Positions 42,512 to 52,792 of a stretch of DNA of 64,000 nt are shown here, one piece after another; position 1 is the stretch's first letter; every line of letters starts with the position of its first letter. The notes under the pieces are model-generated. The model was not told the origin of the DNA. It worked only from the letters and a program-made list of their open reading frames with translations, and made no database searches. This DNA is from a virus: positions 64,198 to 128,197 of IMG/VR virus record IMGVR_UViG_3300020172_001601; one strand, 5' to 3'. A program made the position numbers and the translations under genes.

Positions 42512-43289
42512 GTTCCACGACGATCACATCAGCGAAATCTTATCTGCCAAAGGCTCATCGGGCGGCAATCATCAAGCCTGGAGCGGCGGTCTTCACGACC
42601 ATCTTGTGCATTGCTTTGTATTAGCACAAGACCTCTATAAGCTCTTTCATGAGCGTATCGGCCCTGGTCCTCATGCCGGGCAACTCATCAATGGCGTGTA
42701 CGATCCACGTCCAATCCCGTTTTCTCTTGAAAGCGCAATCATTGTGCTTTATTTTCATGACATAGAGAAAATCTTCAAATACGGAAACAAGCCAGAGCGT
42801 TATCCTCAGCGGCTCATTGAAGCTAAGGACGCATGGTATCTTGGTATTTTGCCAACCAAATACGGTATTGTATTTGACGATCAAGAATATAACGCATTGA
42901 AGTACGCCCACGGCGAAGGCGATGACCATCGTAAAGATCAAAGAGTTGCCAGTCCCTTGGCGGGCTTCATTCATGCCATAGATTATCTATCGGCACGAGT
43001 TCTGTGGCAGATCAAAGATTTTGATTATGGTCTGGTCCCCAGGGAGCCAGTCTTGCCAGAAGCCGTTCAGAGCCTTCATTCCACTTGCTGTAAGGCAGTG
43101 GGCAAGCGTGTTAGGTACACCGGCACCAATGGCGATGAATACGACAAAATCAGGCATGGCCTCTTTGTCGAGGGCGAAGGGTTGTGTACAGAGCAACATG
43201 ACAGTCATGGACTGTGCATTATTGTTCAGCACGATGATCGCACTACCATTTGTGTTGATCCCATTACCGTCGAAATTCTCGGTGACTAA
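42435..43289 (+). CDS. hypothetical protein, possible HD-domain phosphohydrolase (tentative)
   Basis: GGLHDHLVH, YFHDIEK and HGEGDDH spaced like an HD domain; weak. Confidence 0.3.
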   Translation: MIPVKEDKLRPVLATMTGTRAEGLLRFHDDHISEILSAKGSSGGNHQAWSGGLHDHLVHCFVLAQDLYKLFHERIGPGPHAGQLINGVYDPRPIPFSLESAIIVLYFHDIEKIFKYGNKPERYPQRLIEAKDAWYLGILPTKYGIVFDDQEYNALKYAHGEGDDHRKDQRVASPLAGFIHAIDYLSARVLWQIKDFDYGLVPREPVLPEAVQSLHSTCCKAVGKRVRYTGTNGDEYDKIRHGLFVEGEGLCTEQHDSHGLCIIVQHDDRTTICVDPITVEILGD

Positions 43290-43624
43290 TGTTTAAGATC
43301 AAGCATGATTCTTTTGTCTATATTGACGACGCAAAGCGTATTGGCGAATGTCGCTATGACGTTATTGCAACTATTGATTCACGATGGATTGTGGTGTTCA
43401 CGGAATTGTTGAAGAATCCAGGGCCGAGCGTCACAAACGCTATTGAGTCTATTGTTCCACAATTTTGCCGATGCACTAGCCTCAAGCCAGAGGAAGTGAT
43501 GTTTATTGAGCGATACCAAACACATCCAGATGATCTTGATGTGATAAACTATCAGCCCGATGGCACAACGAGTTGGAGTAGGCTTCCAGAAGATCAAGCT
43601 CGTCCAATCTTGGAGTTGCTATGA
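43289..43624 (+). CDS. hypothetical protein
   Basis: 111-aa ORF. Confidence 0.35.
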   Translation: MFKIKHDSFVYIDDAKRIGECRYDVIATIDSRWIVVFTELLKNPGPSVTNAIESIVPQFCRCTSLKPEEVMFIERYQTHPDDLDVINYQPDGTTSWSRLPEDQARPILELL

Positions 43625-43690
43625 TTCCGTTGCCGGTAATAAAAGTGGACTATCCTTTGTCTGTGGTTCCGGCGTGGTGCCGGATGCCTA

Positions 43691-44416
43691 TTGAATATCA
43701 CCAAGATGGCATTGGTGGTTGTTGGGGAATCTATCACGGGGAAGTGGCAAAATATGGCGAAGCGCATTGCCAAACTTGCGAGTATAAAGCCGCAAGTACA
43801 AATGATCGAAAGTAATTTCTCTCCCATGTACAACGAAGGCGTTACTGTTATTTCACAGCCGCCCACTCGTCGTATTGTTCAAATCAATATGGAGTATCGT
43901 GGTGATGATGAAGACGAAGAGGGATACAACGGAAACTTCTTCCTGAGTTTTCCCTTGATGTATTTTCGTATTCAATACAAAAGATACTTTGAGAAAAACA
44001 AAGAACAATTTGTTGCATCGTCGCTTCACGTCATTTTTGCTGTTGCCGACAACAAAAGCAAAGCATTCATTCCACCACTTCCAAATGTTGACGACTCGAT
44101 GCGAGTTTGCATCGAGTTGCCAAAGAAGCGATTTTCAAATATTGACGACCTCTACAAAGAGGTTATTGCTTGCTTTTGGTCAACAGACTTCAATGATGGA
44201 ATGTACGACGCTTACGAACAATATGATTGGGAATCCTTGTTGGGCGATCACCGTAAATGGCAAAAGAAAACAAAGAAGCAGCCCACCTGGATTCCAAATG
44301 GTCGCAGCTTGAAGCCAATTGAAAATTTCGACAAGAAGTTTTTCTATGGAGCGTCCTTCAAAAAGAACATCCAGCCAGAAGACTGTTCCGATGACTACGA
44401 CGACGATGGTTACTGA
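43691..44416 (+). CDS. hypothetical protein with acidic C-terminus
   Basis: 241-aa ORF ending DDYDDDGY. Confidence 0.4.
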   Translation: MNITKMALVVVGESITGKWQNMAKRIAKLASIKPQVQMIESNFSPMYNEGVTVISQPPTRRIVQINMEYRGDDEDEEGYNGNFFLSFPLMYFRIQYKRYFEKNKEQFVASSLHVIFAVADNKSKAFIPPLPNVDDSMRVCIELPKKRFSNIDDLYKEVIACFWSTDFNDGMYDAYEQYDWESLLGDHRKWQKKTKKQPTWIPNGRSLKPIENFDKKFFYGASFKKNIQPEDCSDDYDDDGY

Positions 44417-44445
44417 TTTACAACCAGACAAGATTGCGGTATAAT
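44417..44445 (+). promoter_or_regulatory. sigma70-type promoter TTTACA-N17-GCGGTATAAT upstream of IleRS
   Basis: Conserved architecture. Confidence 0.55.
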
Positions 44446-44474
44446 CCCTCCTACTCTTTACTTGCGAGGGATCA

Positions 44475-47036
44475 ATGGGTTCGTTCAAAGATACGCTGCA
44501 ACTCCCGAAAACCGATATGCCCATCGCTGCCAACTTACCGGCCAGCGAACCCGCCGTTTACGCATCCTGGGGCAACGTCTATTCCCGCTTGAAGCGAGAC
44601 GGGAAGAACCCTTTCATTCTTCATGATGGCCCGCCGTATGCTAACGGCGATATTCATATCGGCCATGCTCTCAATAAAATCCTCAAAGACTTCGTTGTGA
44701 AGTTCCAATACTTCAACGGGCGAGCCGTCGAGTTTGTCCCCGGCTGGGACTGTCACGGACTTCCGATTGAATCGAAGGTTTATTCCATCATCCGAGTTGG
44801 CGGCGGCAATCCCAGCAAAGAGCCGTTGGAATTAGTCCAACGCATGTGTCGGAAATATGCCGGTGAGCAAATTGCTAAACAAAAAGAGCAATTTCAAACC
44901 CTGGGCGTAATCGCCGATTGGGAAAACCACTACGAGACGATGAGTCCGTGGTTTGAAAACATGATCTCTCAGCGACTTGCTGAATTGCGGGATCATGGAT
45001 ATTTGGTTCGCCGCAAGAAGCCTGTCTATTGGTCTTGGTCTTATGGCACTGCACTGGCTGAGGCAGAAGTCGAATATCGTGACCGAGTAGATAATTCGGT
45101 GTATGTCGTATTCAAAACTGATAAGTTCCCTTGGGGGCTTTTGGTTTGGACCACAACGCCGTGGACACTTCCGGCCAACGTCGCCGTGGCATTGAACCCC
45201 AAGATGAAATATCTTGCTGTTCGTGTGCGAGATTACAATCTCCCCGTGCTAGTAGCTGCCGATCTTGTCAAGACCTTGACAGATAAAGGAATCATTGAGC
45301 ATGTCTTTGACCTTTATAGTGCGCAAGGCGACGAGTTCAATGGTTGGCAATTTCAACATCCTGTTTATCCCGACCAAACCGTGCCGTGCGTAATGGCCGA
45401 CTTTGTGTCCGCTGATAGCGGCACTGGTTGTGTACATATCGCCCCTGGTCATGGAGAAGAAGACTATCGAGTAGGGTTGGCGAATAATCTTCCGGTCGTC
45501 ATGCCTGTTGACGGAACGGGCAGATACACCGAGGGCAAATACGAAGGTCAATGGATTTTTGATGAAACTGACGGTTCGTATAAAGAATACAACTCGAATC
45601 CCAATATCCTTGCTGATTTAAGGGAGCGTGGTCTATTGGTTCATACTGAGAAGATCACTCACAGCTATCCCTATTGCAGCCGATCTGGAACGCCGGTCAT
45701 CTTCCGTGCTACTGAACAGTGGTTCTTGGACTTGGACAAGATTCGCAATCTGATCTTGGGGCCGATGACTGCTATTGAGAATGTGCAGTTCTATCCAGAG
45801 CATTCCAAGAACCGTATGGTTCCGATGCTGGAGAACCGCCCTGACTGGTGCATCAGTCGCCAGCGAGTATGGGGCGTGCCGATCTTTGAAGGACCGGACA
45901 TTCTTGACGTATGGTTTGATTCAGGATTGACGTGGAACATCCTGGGAGATCGTCAGGCTGACGTTTATCTGGAAGGCAACGATCAGCACCGTGGATGGTT
46001 CCAGAGCAGCCTATGGCTGTCTGTGGCCCTTCAGGGCGTTGCGCCATACAAGAAGGTCATCACGCATGGCTTTGTTGTCGATCAAGACGGCAAAAAGATG
46101 GCTAAGTCCAAGGGCAATGTCGTGTCGCCATTGGAAGTGACTCAAAAGCAGGGAGCAGAAGTGCTTCGCTATTGGGTTGCGAGCATTGACTATACGAAGG
46201 ATGCGCAGTGCAGCCCGGAGATCATGAAGCGTGCTGCCGAGGGCCACAAGAAACTTCGTAATACTTTCAGATTCCTAGTGGCAAATATGCCCAAGGAATC
46301 TCCGTATAAGAACGACCAGAATATGGTTTTCCTGCCGGTCAATCGTTGGATTTACGAAAAGACTCAGAAGGTCTTTTCTGAAGTCCATCAGTTGTTTGCC
46401 GACAACCTGTTCCATGCTGGTCTGCAAAAGTTGACGGAGTATATCAATACTGATTTGAGCGGTATTTACATGAACGCCGTCAAAGACTGCTTGTATTGTG
46501 ATGCTGTCGATAGTGTGTCCCGAAAGAATGTTGTTCACGTCATGAGTAAAATCCTCAAGGCGATGATGACGCTTGTGGCTCCGTTGTTTACCTACACGGC
46601 GCAGGAAGTGTTCAATTATTGTCCTGAATGGGTGAAGGGTGACGCCAAGGATATTTTCGATCTTCAATACGAAGCATTGCCAGACTTGCCGCCACACTTG
46701 GCTCGGATGGACGAAGCGTATTGGAAAGAGGCGTTGTCCGCATTCCATACTGAGTTCGACAAGATCAAGACCGCAGGCAAGGCTCGTGATACTTTGGAAG
46801 TCGTTATTGAATCGACTTCTGGTGATACGTTCTTTGTCGGGGCTGAAGATTGGTTTGTCGTAAGTCATTGGGCATCACATCCTTCAACCTGTGAGGCCCT
46901 GGGGGAATTCTCGGTGGGCGACAAGGTTTATCGGATTGTCAAGAGTCAGAAGAATAAGTGCGAACGATGCTGGAAACGCAATGCAGAACAGGAGTTATGT
47001 CCTCGCTGTCTCGGTGTGGTGAATCCGCAGGTTTGA
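44475..47036 (+). CDS. ileS: isoleucyl-tRNA synthetase
   Basis: PPYANGDIHIGHALNKILKD (HIGH region), KMAKSKGN (KMSKS), C-terminal zinc finger CERCWKR..CPRC; 853 aa. Confidence 0.9.
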   Translation: MGSFKDTLQLPKTDMPIAANLPASEPAVYASWGNVYSRLKRDGKNPFILHDGPPYANGDIHIGHALNKILKDFVVKFQYFNGRAVEFVPGWDCHGLPIESKVYSIIRVGGGNPSKEPLELVQRMCRKYAGEQIAKQKEQFQTLGVIADWENHYETMSPWFENMISQRLAELRDHGYLVRRKKPVYWSWSYGTALAEAEVEYRDRVDNSVYVVFKTDKFPWGLLVWTTTPWTLPANVAVALNPKMKYLAVRVRDYNLPVLVAADLVKTLTDKGIIEHVFDLYSAQGDEFNGWQFQHPVYPDQTVPCVMADFVSADSGTGCVHIAPGHGEEDYRVGLANNLPVVMPVDGTGRYTEGKYEGQWIFDETDGSYKEYNSNPNILADLRERGLLVHTEKITHSYPYCSRSGTPVIFRATEQWFLDLDKIRNLILGPMTAIENVQFYPEHSKNRMVPMLENRPDWCISRQRVWGVPIFEGPDILDVWFDSGLTWNILGDRQADVYLEGNDQHRGWFQSSLWLSVALQGVAPYKKVITHGFVVDQDGKKMAKSKGNVVSPLEVTQKQGAEVLRYWVASIDYTKDAQCSPEIMKRAAEGHKKLRNTFRFLVANMPKESPYKNDQNMVFLPVNRWIYEKTQKVFSEVHQLFADNLFHAGLQKLTEYINTDLSGIYMNAVKDCLYCDAVDSVSRKNVVHVMSKILKAMMTLVAPLFTYTAQEVFNYCPEWVKGDAKDIFDLQYEALPDLPPHLARMDEAYWKEALSAFHTEFDKIKTAGKARDTLEVVIESTSGDTFFVGAEDWFVVSHWASHPSTCEALGEFSVGDKVYRIVKSQKNKCERCWKRNAEQELCPRCLGVVNPQV

Positions 47037-47065
47037 TTTACAACCATCAAAAATCGTGGTAGAAT
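47037..47065 (+). promoter_or_regulatory. sigma70-type promoter TTTACA-N17-TGGTAGAAT
   Basis: Overlaps IleRS stop; upstream of 47089. Confidence 0.55.
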
Positions 47066-47088
47066 CCCTGTAGGAAGGGAATAGAAAA

Positions 47089-47616
47089 ATGCAAAAGCAC
47101 AATGATCCAGAAGGTTGCAGGTGCGCTCGGTGTGAGGCTATTGCCGGGGGCATGACACCTGATGAAGCTGCCGCTGCTCAAACTGAGTGGGAGAACAAGG
47201 CGTTGGCCGAACGTGGATTTTATGTTCACTACGTCGGTGCCGATTCTTCTTCTCCGACAAACTTTAATGCCCATACTCATGGTATGCAGGCATTTGACAA
47301 TCATCTGGATTTTCAGCTTATTGTCCCTCTGCCGCCAGAATCCGCTCACAATATCATTTGCACACTTGCCGAACGAGTAAAGGCTGGTGAGCGGTTTGTG
47401 TCTGGTCAGAGGTTGGACAAGATTATTCGAGGATTTGAAATCAAGCTGGTCGAGGCTCCTGAAGACGACCGCAAGGTTCTTCGGATTGTATTGCCAGACC
47501 CGGATGGTAAATTGGAGCCTGAAGAAATCAACGAACAATACGCCGTCCAATACAAGGACGTTGAAGGGGTGAAGCTCCCGAAGCGTCCTTGGATGGCCTA
47601 CAAGCCAAGGCGATAA
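47089..47616 (+). CDS. hypothetical protein
   Basis: 175-aa ORF. Confidence 0.4.
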   Translation: MQKHNDPEGCRCARCEAIAGGMTPDEAAAAQTEWENKALAERGFYVHYVGADSSSPTNFNAHTHGMQAFDNHLDFQLIVPLPPESAHNIICTLAERVKAGERFVSGQRLDKIIRGFEIKLVEAPEDDRKVLRIVLPDPDGKLEPEEINEQYAVQYKDVEGVKLPKRPWMAYKPRR

Positions 47617-47620
47617 AGTT

Positions 47621-47911
47621 ATGACAGAAGACCCTCGTAATGTTGGCTGGTTGTGTCCCGACCACTCACCCAAGCCTGACCCGCAGTATTTCGACAAGCC
47701 CTTTGAATGGTTTGTCGGAAAGAATTGCAAATTGGGTTTTCCAACGGGTCGCACTGAGGCTCCGTTCACTGAGTTCATGTGGGTTTATGTCACTGGTCAA
47801 GAGAAAGACTTCCTGGTTGGCAGGTTGAATAACGATCCTTTATTCGTCGAAGAATATAAGGATGGTGATGGAGTTGCCTTCGAGCGTCATGAAATCTGTG
47901 CCGTTGAATAG
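47621..47911 (+). CDS. hypothetical protein
   Basis: 96-aa ORF. Confidence 0.35.
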   Translation: MTEDPRNVGWLCPDHSPKPDPQYFDKPFEWFVGKNCKLGFPTGRTEAPFTEFMWVYVTGQEKDFLVGRLNNDPLFVEEYKDGDGVAFERHEICAVE

Positions 47912-47920
47912 GAAGTTTTT

Positions 47921-48511
47921 ATGACCGTAATACTTGACTTTTACCGTGATGAGGCGGCTTGGGATAAAACCAAGACTCCGAACCCTAGCGGCTACACACA
48001 TTTTGACATTGTGAGGAATTGGTCAGACGACCAATGGGAAGGCGTACACGATTTCATTCAGTGGGTCTTTCCACTCAAGGAAGAATCAGCATTCAATCCA
48101 GATGCTCCATTGTTGACTGACGAAGACATAGCGATTTTTCGGGCCGATGACGAATTGAAGCAAGCCTTGTTTCTTTCGTTTCATCGGTTCCTTCGTTTTT
48201 TGGGTCTTCGTTGTCGATACGATCAACCAACCAACAAATGGATCACAACTCCTGTCGCAGCCAATGAACACGGTATTGGCGACGAGTTTTTGACCAAAGC
48301 GGAAATTGAAGAAAAACAAAAGGTGTGGGCATATCCGAACCATAATTGGTTGAGGATCACACGCTGCCTGCACAGCTTGCGTCTCCTGGGATTGGAGTAT
48401 GCTGCTGATTCCTTTTTTGATTCACTGTGTAAGTTGTATGACGAGAACCGAGGCATTACGCCAGATACATTCAAGTATTGGCAAGACGCCGCACAAGGAG
48501 GATTAGAATGA
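47921..48511 (+). CDS. hypothetical protein
   Basis: 196-aa ORF. Confidence 0.4.
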   Translation: MTVILDFYRDEAAWDKTKTPNPSGYTHFDIVRNWSDDQWEGVHDFIQWVFPLKEESAFNPDAPLLTDEDIAIFRADDELKQALFLSFHRFLRFLGLRCRYDQPTNKWITTPVAANEHGIGDEFLTKAEIEEKQKVWAYPNHNWLRITRCLHSLRLLGLEYAADSFFDSLCKLYDENRGITPDTFKYWQDAAQGGLE

Positions 48512-49017
48512 ACCTATTGCGTGATGTTGTGACCGAGTACGATGAGATACCGATCCAAGAGATCGGCAACGAGTTGAAGCCGGGCATGACTAAAGTGTTT
48601 TTCCCCGCTGAGACAAGGCGGTATGTTCACGTTAGCCGCTCGGCTATTATCCACAATACAAAGAATGGTCGCAATCATCCGACCATTCTGGTTGTGGACG
48701 AAAAAGGCAATAAACTCGCCTTTCATGCTGTGGTCCTGCGAGGGCCAGCAGCCTTGAAGTTTTCGCTGAATGAACCGGGTGTTGATGCCAATGCTTTCCT
48801 TGTTACCAAGGCTGGCATTGAAGCATACACCGACCCTTTTGGGGATGCTCCTGTCAAAGAAGTTCCCTTGTCTGGCGAATTGCCTACTGACAAGGAACCT
48901 TTCTCAATAGGGCGACTTCTTGTAAGGTCTGCCCGGCGAACTAAGCTGGGTGTCTGGAGATTCTTCTCCAGAATTCCTGTTGCATCCTGTTTGTTGCCAG
49001 ACCCACCGAGGGACTAA
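48508..49017 (+). CDS. hypothetical protein
   Basis: AGGAGG RBS then ATG 48508. Confidence 0.4.
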   Translation: MNLLRDVVTEYDEIPIQEIGNELKPGMTKVFFPAETRRYVHVSRSAIIHNTKNGRNHPTILVVDEKGNKLAFHAVVLRGPAALKFSLNEPGVDANAFLVTKAGIEAYTDPFGDAPVKEVPLSGELPTDKEPFSIGRLLVRSARRTKLGVWRFFSRIPVASCLLPDPPRD

Positions 49018-49019
49018 AC

Positions 49020-49571
49020 GTGCGAAGGCTAAATGACAGTCTGAAGTTCAATGAGGGTGAAGAACCTGAAAACGACATGCCGCATATTCACTACGCCACT
49101 GACGGCAAGGGCCGTTGGTGGAAGACTGAGTACAAGCGGCAATGTCCTGAAGGCGTCTTCTTGCGTGGTCGTTGTCAAGGCGTCGAAGGTCATTTAGGGG
49201 TTCACTGGAGCTATGATGCTCACGGTAGCTTCTGTTATGACGACAACGACAATGATCCAAGTGAAGGTGGCTGTTCTGGCAGTATCCCGCCAGACCATAA
49301 GAGCTATCGAACGCCATTAGAAATGTCGAGCCATTATTACATGAGTCATAGCACTCATGTTGAAGTGGTTGATCCCGCTGAGATTGCTCGGTTGGAAGCC
49401 GACGACGTTACTGAAGGTGAATCAGTAAGTCGTCCGGTCGATATGTCGAAACTTTCTCCTGAATATGCTGCCGAGTTACGGCAGCGTTCGGAAGAATACA
49501 AAGAAAACAAACCCAAGCGTCAGAATCCTTGGTGGGCATTCTGGCGTGCTGAAAAACCAAAGATCAACTAA
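49020..49571 (+). CDS. hypothetical protein
   Basis: 183-aa ORF. Confidence 0.4.
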   Translation: MRRLNDSLKFNEGEEPENDMPHIHYATDGKGRWWKTEYKRQCPEGVFLRGRCQGVEGHLGVHWSYDAHGSFCYDDNDNDPSEGGCSGSIPPDHKSYRTPLEMSSHYYMSHSTHVEVVDPAEIARLEADDVTEGESVSRPVDMSKLSPEYAAELRQRSEEYKENKPKRQNPWWAFWRAEKPKIN

Positions 49572-49593
49572 CCTTTCTCAGAGAAAGAACACG

Positions 49594-50970
49594 ATGTTTG
49601 ACTTCCTCAAGAATACGTTCTTGAACCGTGGCCGATACAAGACGCACTCCGAGGCAGTCGTTGTATCGTGTTTTTACAATCCTCAGAACAGCCCATACCG
49701 ACTTCTGGCCTTCCAGAAGTGGTATCACAGCATCAAGCACTTGAACTATCGCATCATCGAGTGCTTGATCGGTGATGCTAAGTCTCAACTCCCGGATGAT
49801 CCCAATATCATCCAGGTGCAAACCGACTCTGTTCTATGGCACAAAGAGTCGCTGTTGAACAAGGTCATTGCAGAGCTTCCCGAAAAGTTCAAGTATGTTT
49901 TTTGGGTGGACGCCGACGTATTGTTCACCAACGATAACTGGCTGGTCGATTCCGTGAAGGAACTCGAACGTGGTGCCAATATCGTTCAGCCCTTTGAGTA
50001 TTGTGTTCACTTGGAACGCAATCAACTCAAGCCTGGGTTTGATGTGGAAATGGCCAAGAAGACTGCTGGCATGACCAACAAGGAATTGGACAAGAAGAAG
50101 CGTCTCTGGCGTAGCTTCTGTGCCAACATTGTTGATATGCCTCAGCGTGGCAACGACAAAGACTATGACCGCCACGGTCACGTTGGGTTCGCCTGGGGCG
50201 CACGACGAGAAGTGCTGGAAGCGTGTCCTTTGTTCGACCGTGCCTTAATTGGCGGGGCCGACCATATTATTGCTCACGCAGCAGCCGGTCAAGTTCCTCA
50301 TACCTGCATCACCAACGGCTTTGCCGACAATATTGATGAAGTATTGGAATGGTCCAAGAACTTCTATCGTGTTGTTCAGGGCCAAATCGGATATGCTCCT
50401 GGTGATCTGTATCATATTTGGCACGGCGATATTGCCGCTCGCCAATATCTGAAGCGGATTCAGGATTTCACCGATCAGACGACGAAGATCAAAACTCGTG
50501 ACAAGAACGGTCTGCATGTGTCTGGTGGTCGGGATGGTTATGTCCGTCGATACTACCAAGATCGAGAAGTGGCCTATGTAGACGGCTATGACTACGAGGG
50601 CTTCGACGCAGGCTTCTACGAAGACATGGGGTATATGATTGCCGACATTGTTTATATGTTCGGCCAGCCCCAATATTATGACGAAGCAGCGGCTCCAGAC
50701 TATCAGCCCAACGACTTCTTGCCTTTCGATCAGGGTGGTGTTCCTGATTTTCAACAGAACGATCAGGTGCCTTTCGATCAGGGCGGCGCAGGCATCCCGG
50801 ATGATGGGCGTCATATCATCACTGATGAAATGCTTCAGGAAGCAACGATTTCTGGCGATGACGCTGAGTTGGAGACTGCCATCCATCACGCCAGTCAGCC
50901 GGACGATCAGCCAGACTTCACGCCAGCCGATGCTCTCGATCCTGCTGATGATGGTGGTAATTTCTCATGA
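49594..50970 (+). CDS. putative glycosyltransferase (DxD-type) with C-terminal acidic repeats
   Basis: VFWVDADVLF DxD-like motif; tandem PFDQGG peptide repeat from an 18-nt direct repeat at about 50718 and 50769. Confidence 0.35.
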   Translation: MFDFLKNTFLNRGRYKTHSEAVVVSCFYNPQNSPYRLLAFQKWYHSIKHLNYRIIECLIGDAKSQLPDDPNIIQVQTDSVLWHKESLLNKVIAELPEKFKYVFWVDADVLFTNDNWLVDSVKELERGANIVQPFEYCVHLERNQLKPGFDVEMAKKTAGMTNKELDKKKRLWRSFCANIVDMPQRGNDKDYDRHGHVGFAWGARREVLEACPLFDRALIGGADHIIAHAAAGQVPHTCITNGFADNIDEVLEWSKNFYRVVQGQIGYAPGDLYHIWHGDIAARQYLKRIQDFTDQTTKIKTRDKNGLHVSGGRDGYVRRYYQDREVAYVDGYDYEGFDAGFYEDMGYMIADIVYMFGQPQYYDEAAAPDYQPNDFLPFDQGGVPDFQQNDQVPFDQGGAGIPDDGRHIITDEMLQEATISGDDAELETAIHHASQPDDQPDFTPADALDPADDGGNFS

Positions 50971-51194
50971 GATTCCGCAAAGGTCGAGGCAAGGTCAAAG
51001 ACAAAGTATCTCTTACTGAAGGCGAAATCGTGCAAGCCTGTCACGATTTCCTTGAGAAGAAGGGATACCGTCTTTCCAATGTCAGTTATTTGAAAATTCC
51101 CATCAGGGATAACGTGGATTCTTTAGGCCGCAAGAAACGACGAGGGATCGAATTCCAAGTCGATATTGAGGGTCACGAAGAACCAGAAAGATAG
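50967..51194 (+). CDS. small hypothetical protein
   Basis: 75-aa ORF. Confidence 0.3.
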   Translation: MRFRKGRGKVKDKVSLTEGEIVQACHDFLEKKGYRLSNVSYLKIPIRDNVDSLGRKKRRGIEFQVDIEGHEEPER

Positions 51195-51197
51195 GCC

Positions 51198-51413
51198 ATG
51201 ACTTCAATTTATGAAAAACATAAACTTGAAGAGAAAGAGCTAGAGTCTCGTCACCAAAAAGAGCGAGAACAACTTAGGCTCTCTCTGAAAGCAAAACAAG
51301 CCTTATGTCCGCATCCATCATGGACACGATATGAGGAACTATTTTATGCTTTGGGCGAAACGTGTCCCGGTGAAATGTGTGACGAATGTGGGCAACAAAG
51401 ACACATTGGCTAA
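51198..51413 (+). CDS. small hypothetical protein
   Basis: 71-aa ORF. Confidence 0.3.
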   Translation: MTSIYEKHKLEEKELESRHQKEREQLRLSLKAKQALCPHPSWTRYEELFYALGETCPGEMCDECGQQRHIG

Positions 51414-51475
51414 AAGCACCAACTGGTCGTGGATTACAAGCCACGACCAGTTGGCGACCAACAAACCAGCAGGAG

Positions 51476-51934
51476 TTACTGGCAGATCACAGGTTTGATG
51501 TAGCTTTGAGTATTGAACATGCTGACAACTGCGTTGTCACGAGTTTCAGCGACCCAATACGGAAGCGACGTGTTGGGCTTCCAAAGGGCAAACTTTGTTT
51601 CATGGTCTTCGACCGATGGAACTTCAGTTCGCCCTTTGTTCGCATTGCGGAACTGGTAGTTGTGCATAAGTTCGTCAATGTACTTAGCACAAATACTGGT
51701 TGGGCTTAGACGATGACCGATGGCATCATGCTCGATAGGCACATTCAACTTGAGGTCGATCCTCTTGAAGTGTTTACAGTCTGCCACATCAGAATACTTG
51801 TTCTCGGTGAAGCGTGTTGTTCGTACAATGTCGCTATGAACAACGACTCCAGGTTGAATGGTGTCGATCCATTCTTTCACAGAGGTTACGTTGCCCTGAA
51901 GATTCAGGGTGAGATTGATAATCATTCTATCCAT
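51476..51934 (-). CDS. hypothetical protein (minus strand)
   Basis: 152-aa ORF co-oriented with the T5orf172 gene. Confidence 0.4.
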   Translation of the reverse strand: MDRMIINLTLNLQGNVTSVKEWIDTIQPGVVVHSDIVRTTRFTENKYSDVADCKHFKRIDLKLNVPIEHDAIGHRLSPTSICAKYIDELMHNYQFRNANKGRTEVPSVEDHETKFALWKPNTSLPYWVAETRDNAVVSMFNTQSYIKPVICQ

Positions 51935-51942
51935 ATTACTTC

Positions 51943-52722
51943 CTAATTTTTGATGTTAAAGGACTTTGAAACCGTGGTTAAACCATCTGCTGAATCAATT
52001 GCGATTCGTACTTTGCCAAGCACGGCATCTTGGCTAAGTGTCAGATTCACTCGTTCCAGAGGATCAAAACTCTGTACGAATTCCTGCACCATCTGAATCA
52101 GAAAGGAAGGGGTTATGCCCGGCAGCAATAACTCCTGTTGGTGCATTTGTTTTTTACGAATCTCCAACACCTGAGAGCGTGTATATCTTCGGTGGCCTTT
52201 TGTGGTATACTGTGGTTCAATCTTGCCCTGTTCTTCCCAATTTCTGAGAGTTTGTGACGAGATGCCAAGCAACCTAGCCGCCGAGTCAATACTCATGAGT
52301 TCTTCTGGTTCATCGCTCACCGGCAGGTTATTTGCGATTTTGATCCAGTTGTGGCATTCTTTGCCTTCACTCGTAGCGTCCTTACCCTTGAACTCCTTGA
52401 TGGCACGTCTCAGGTTAATTGGAGTATTCGCTTCCTTACTAACCCGCCCGATGAAATCGAGCAGTTCGGGTTCGGACTTATACCATTCCCCTTTGATGCG
52501 AAGACCGCTGAAGCGTTGGTGTAGCTTCATTTCTTCTGATATATCACCGGGAACAGCGCCCAATACTCTAAAGTTTGTGTCGTTGATTTTCACCGAATTG
52601 AAGCCGATCTGTATTGCTCCGGCCTCGATCTTAGTTGAGTTTTCACCACACCCGCAACAGAACTCGCTTAGGGCCTGGATGAAATAAATTGTCTTCTTCA
52701 TTGGTGAATTTCCTTCTTTCAT
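51943..52722 (-). CDS. T5orf172 (MUG113, GIY-YIG-related) domain protein fused to a MerR-type HTH (minus strand)
   Basis: N-terminus KTIYFIQ..KIGFNSVKI..RFSGLRIKGEWY fits T5orf172; MSIDSAARLLGISSQTLRNWEEQGKI is a MerR HTH; start may be the second Met at 52701. Confidence 0.55.
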   Translation of the reverse strand: MKEGNSPMKKTIYFIQALSEFCCGCGENSTKIEAGAIQIGFNSVKINDTNFRVLGAVPGDISEEMKLHQRFSGLRIKGEWYKSEPELLDFIGRVSKEANTPINLRRAIKEFKGKDATSEGKECHNWIKIANNLPVSDEPEELMSIDSAARLLGISSQTLRNWEEQGKIEPQYTTKGHRRYTRSQVLEIRKKQMHQQELLLPGITPSFLIQMVQEFVQSFDPLERVNLTLSQDAVLGKVRIAIDSADGLTTVSKSFNIKN

Positions 52723-52792
52723 TTGAGGTATCTATACATCACTTGAGAAAAATTCTCAATATTGTGTAGATTTTATCTAAAAGGATTAGAGT

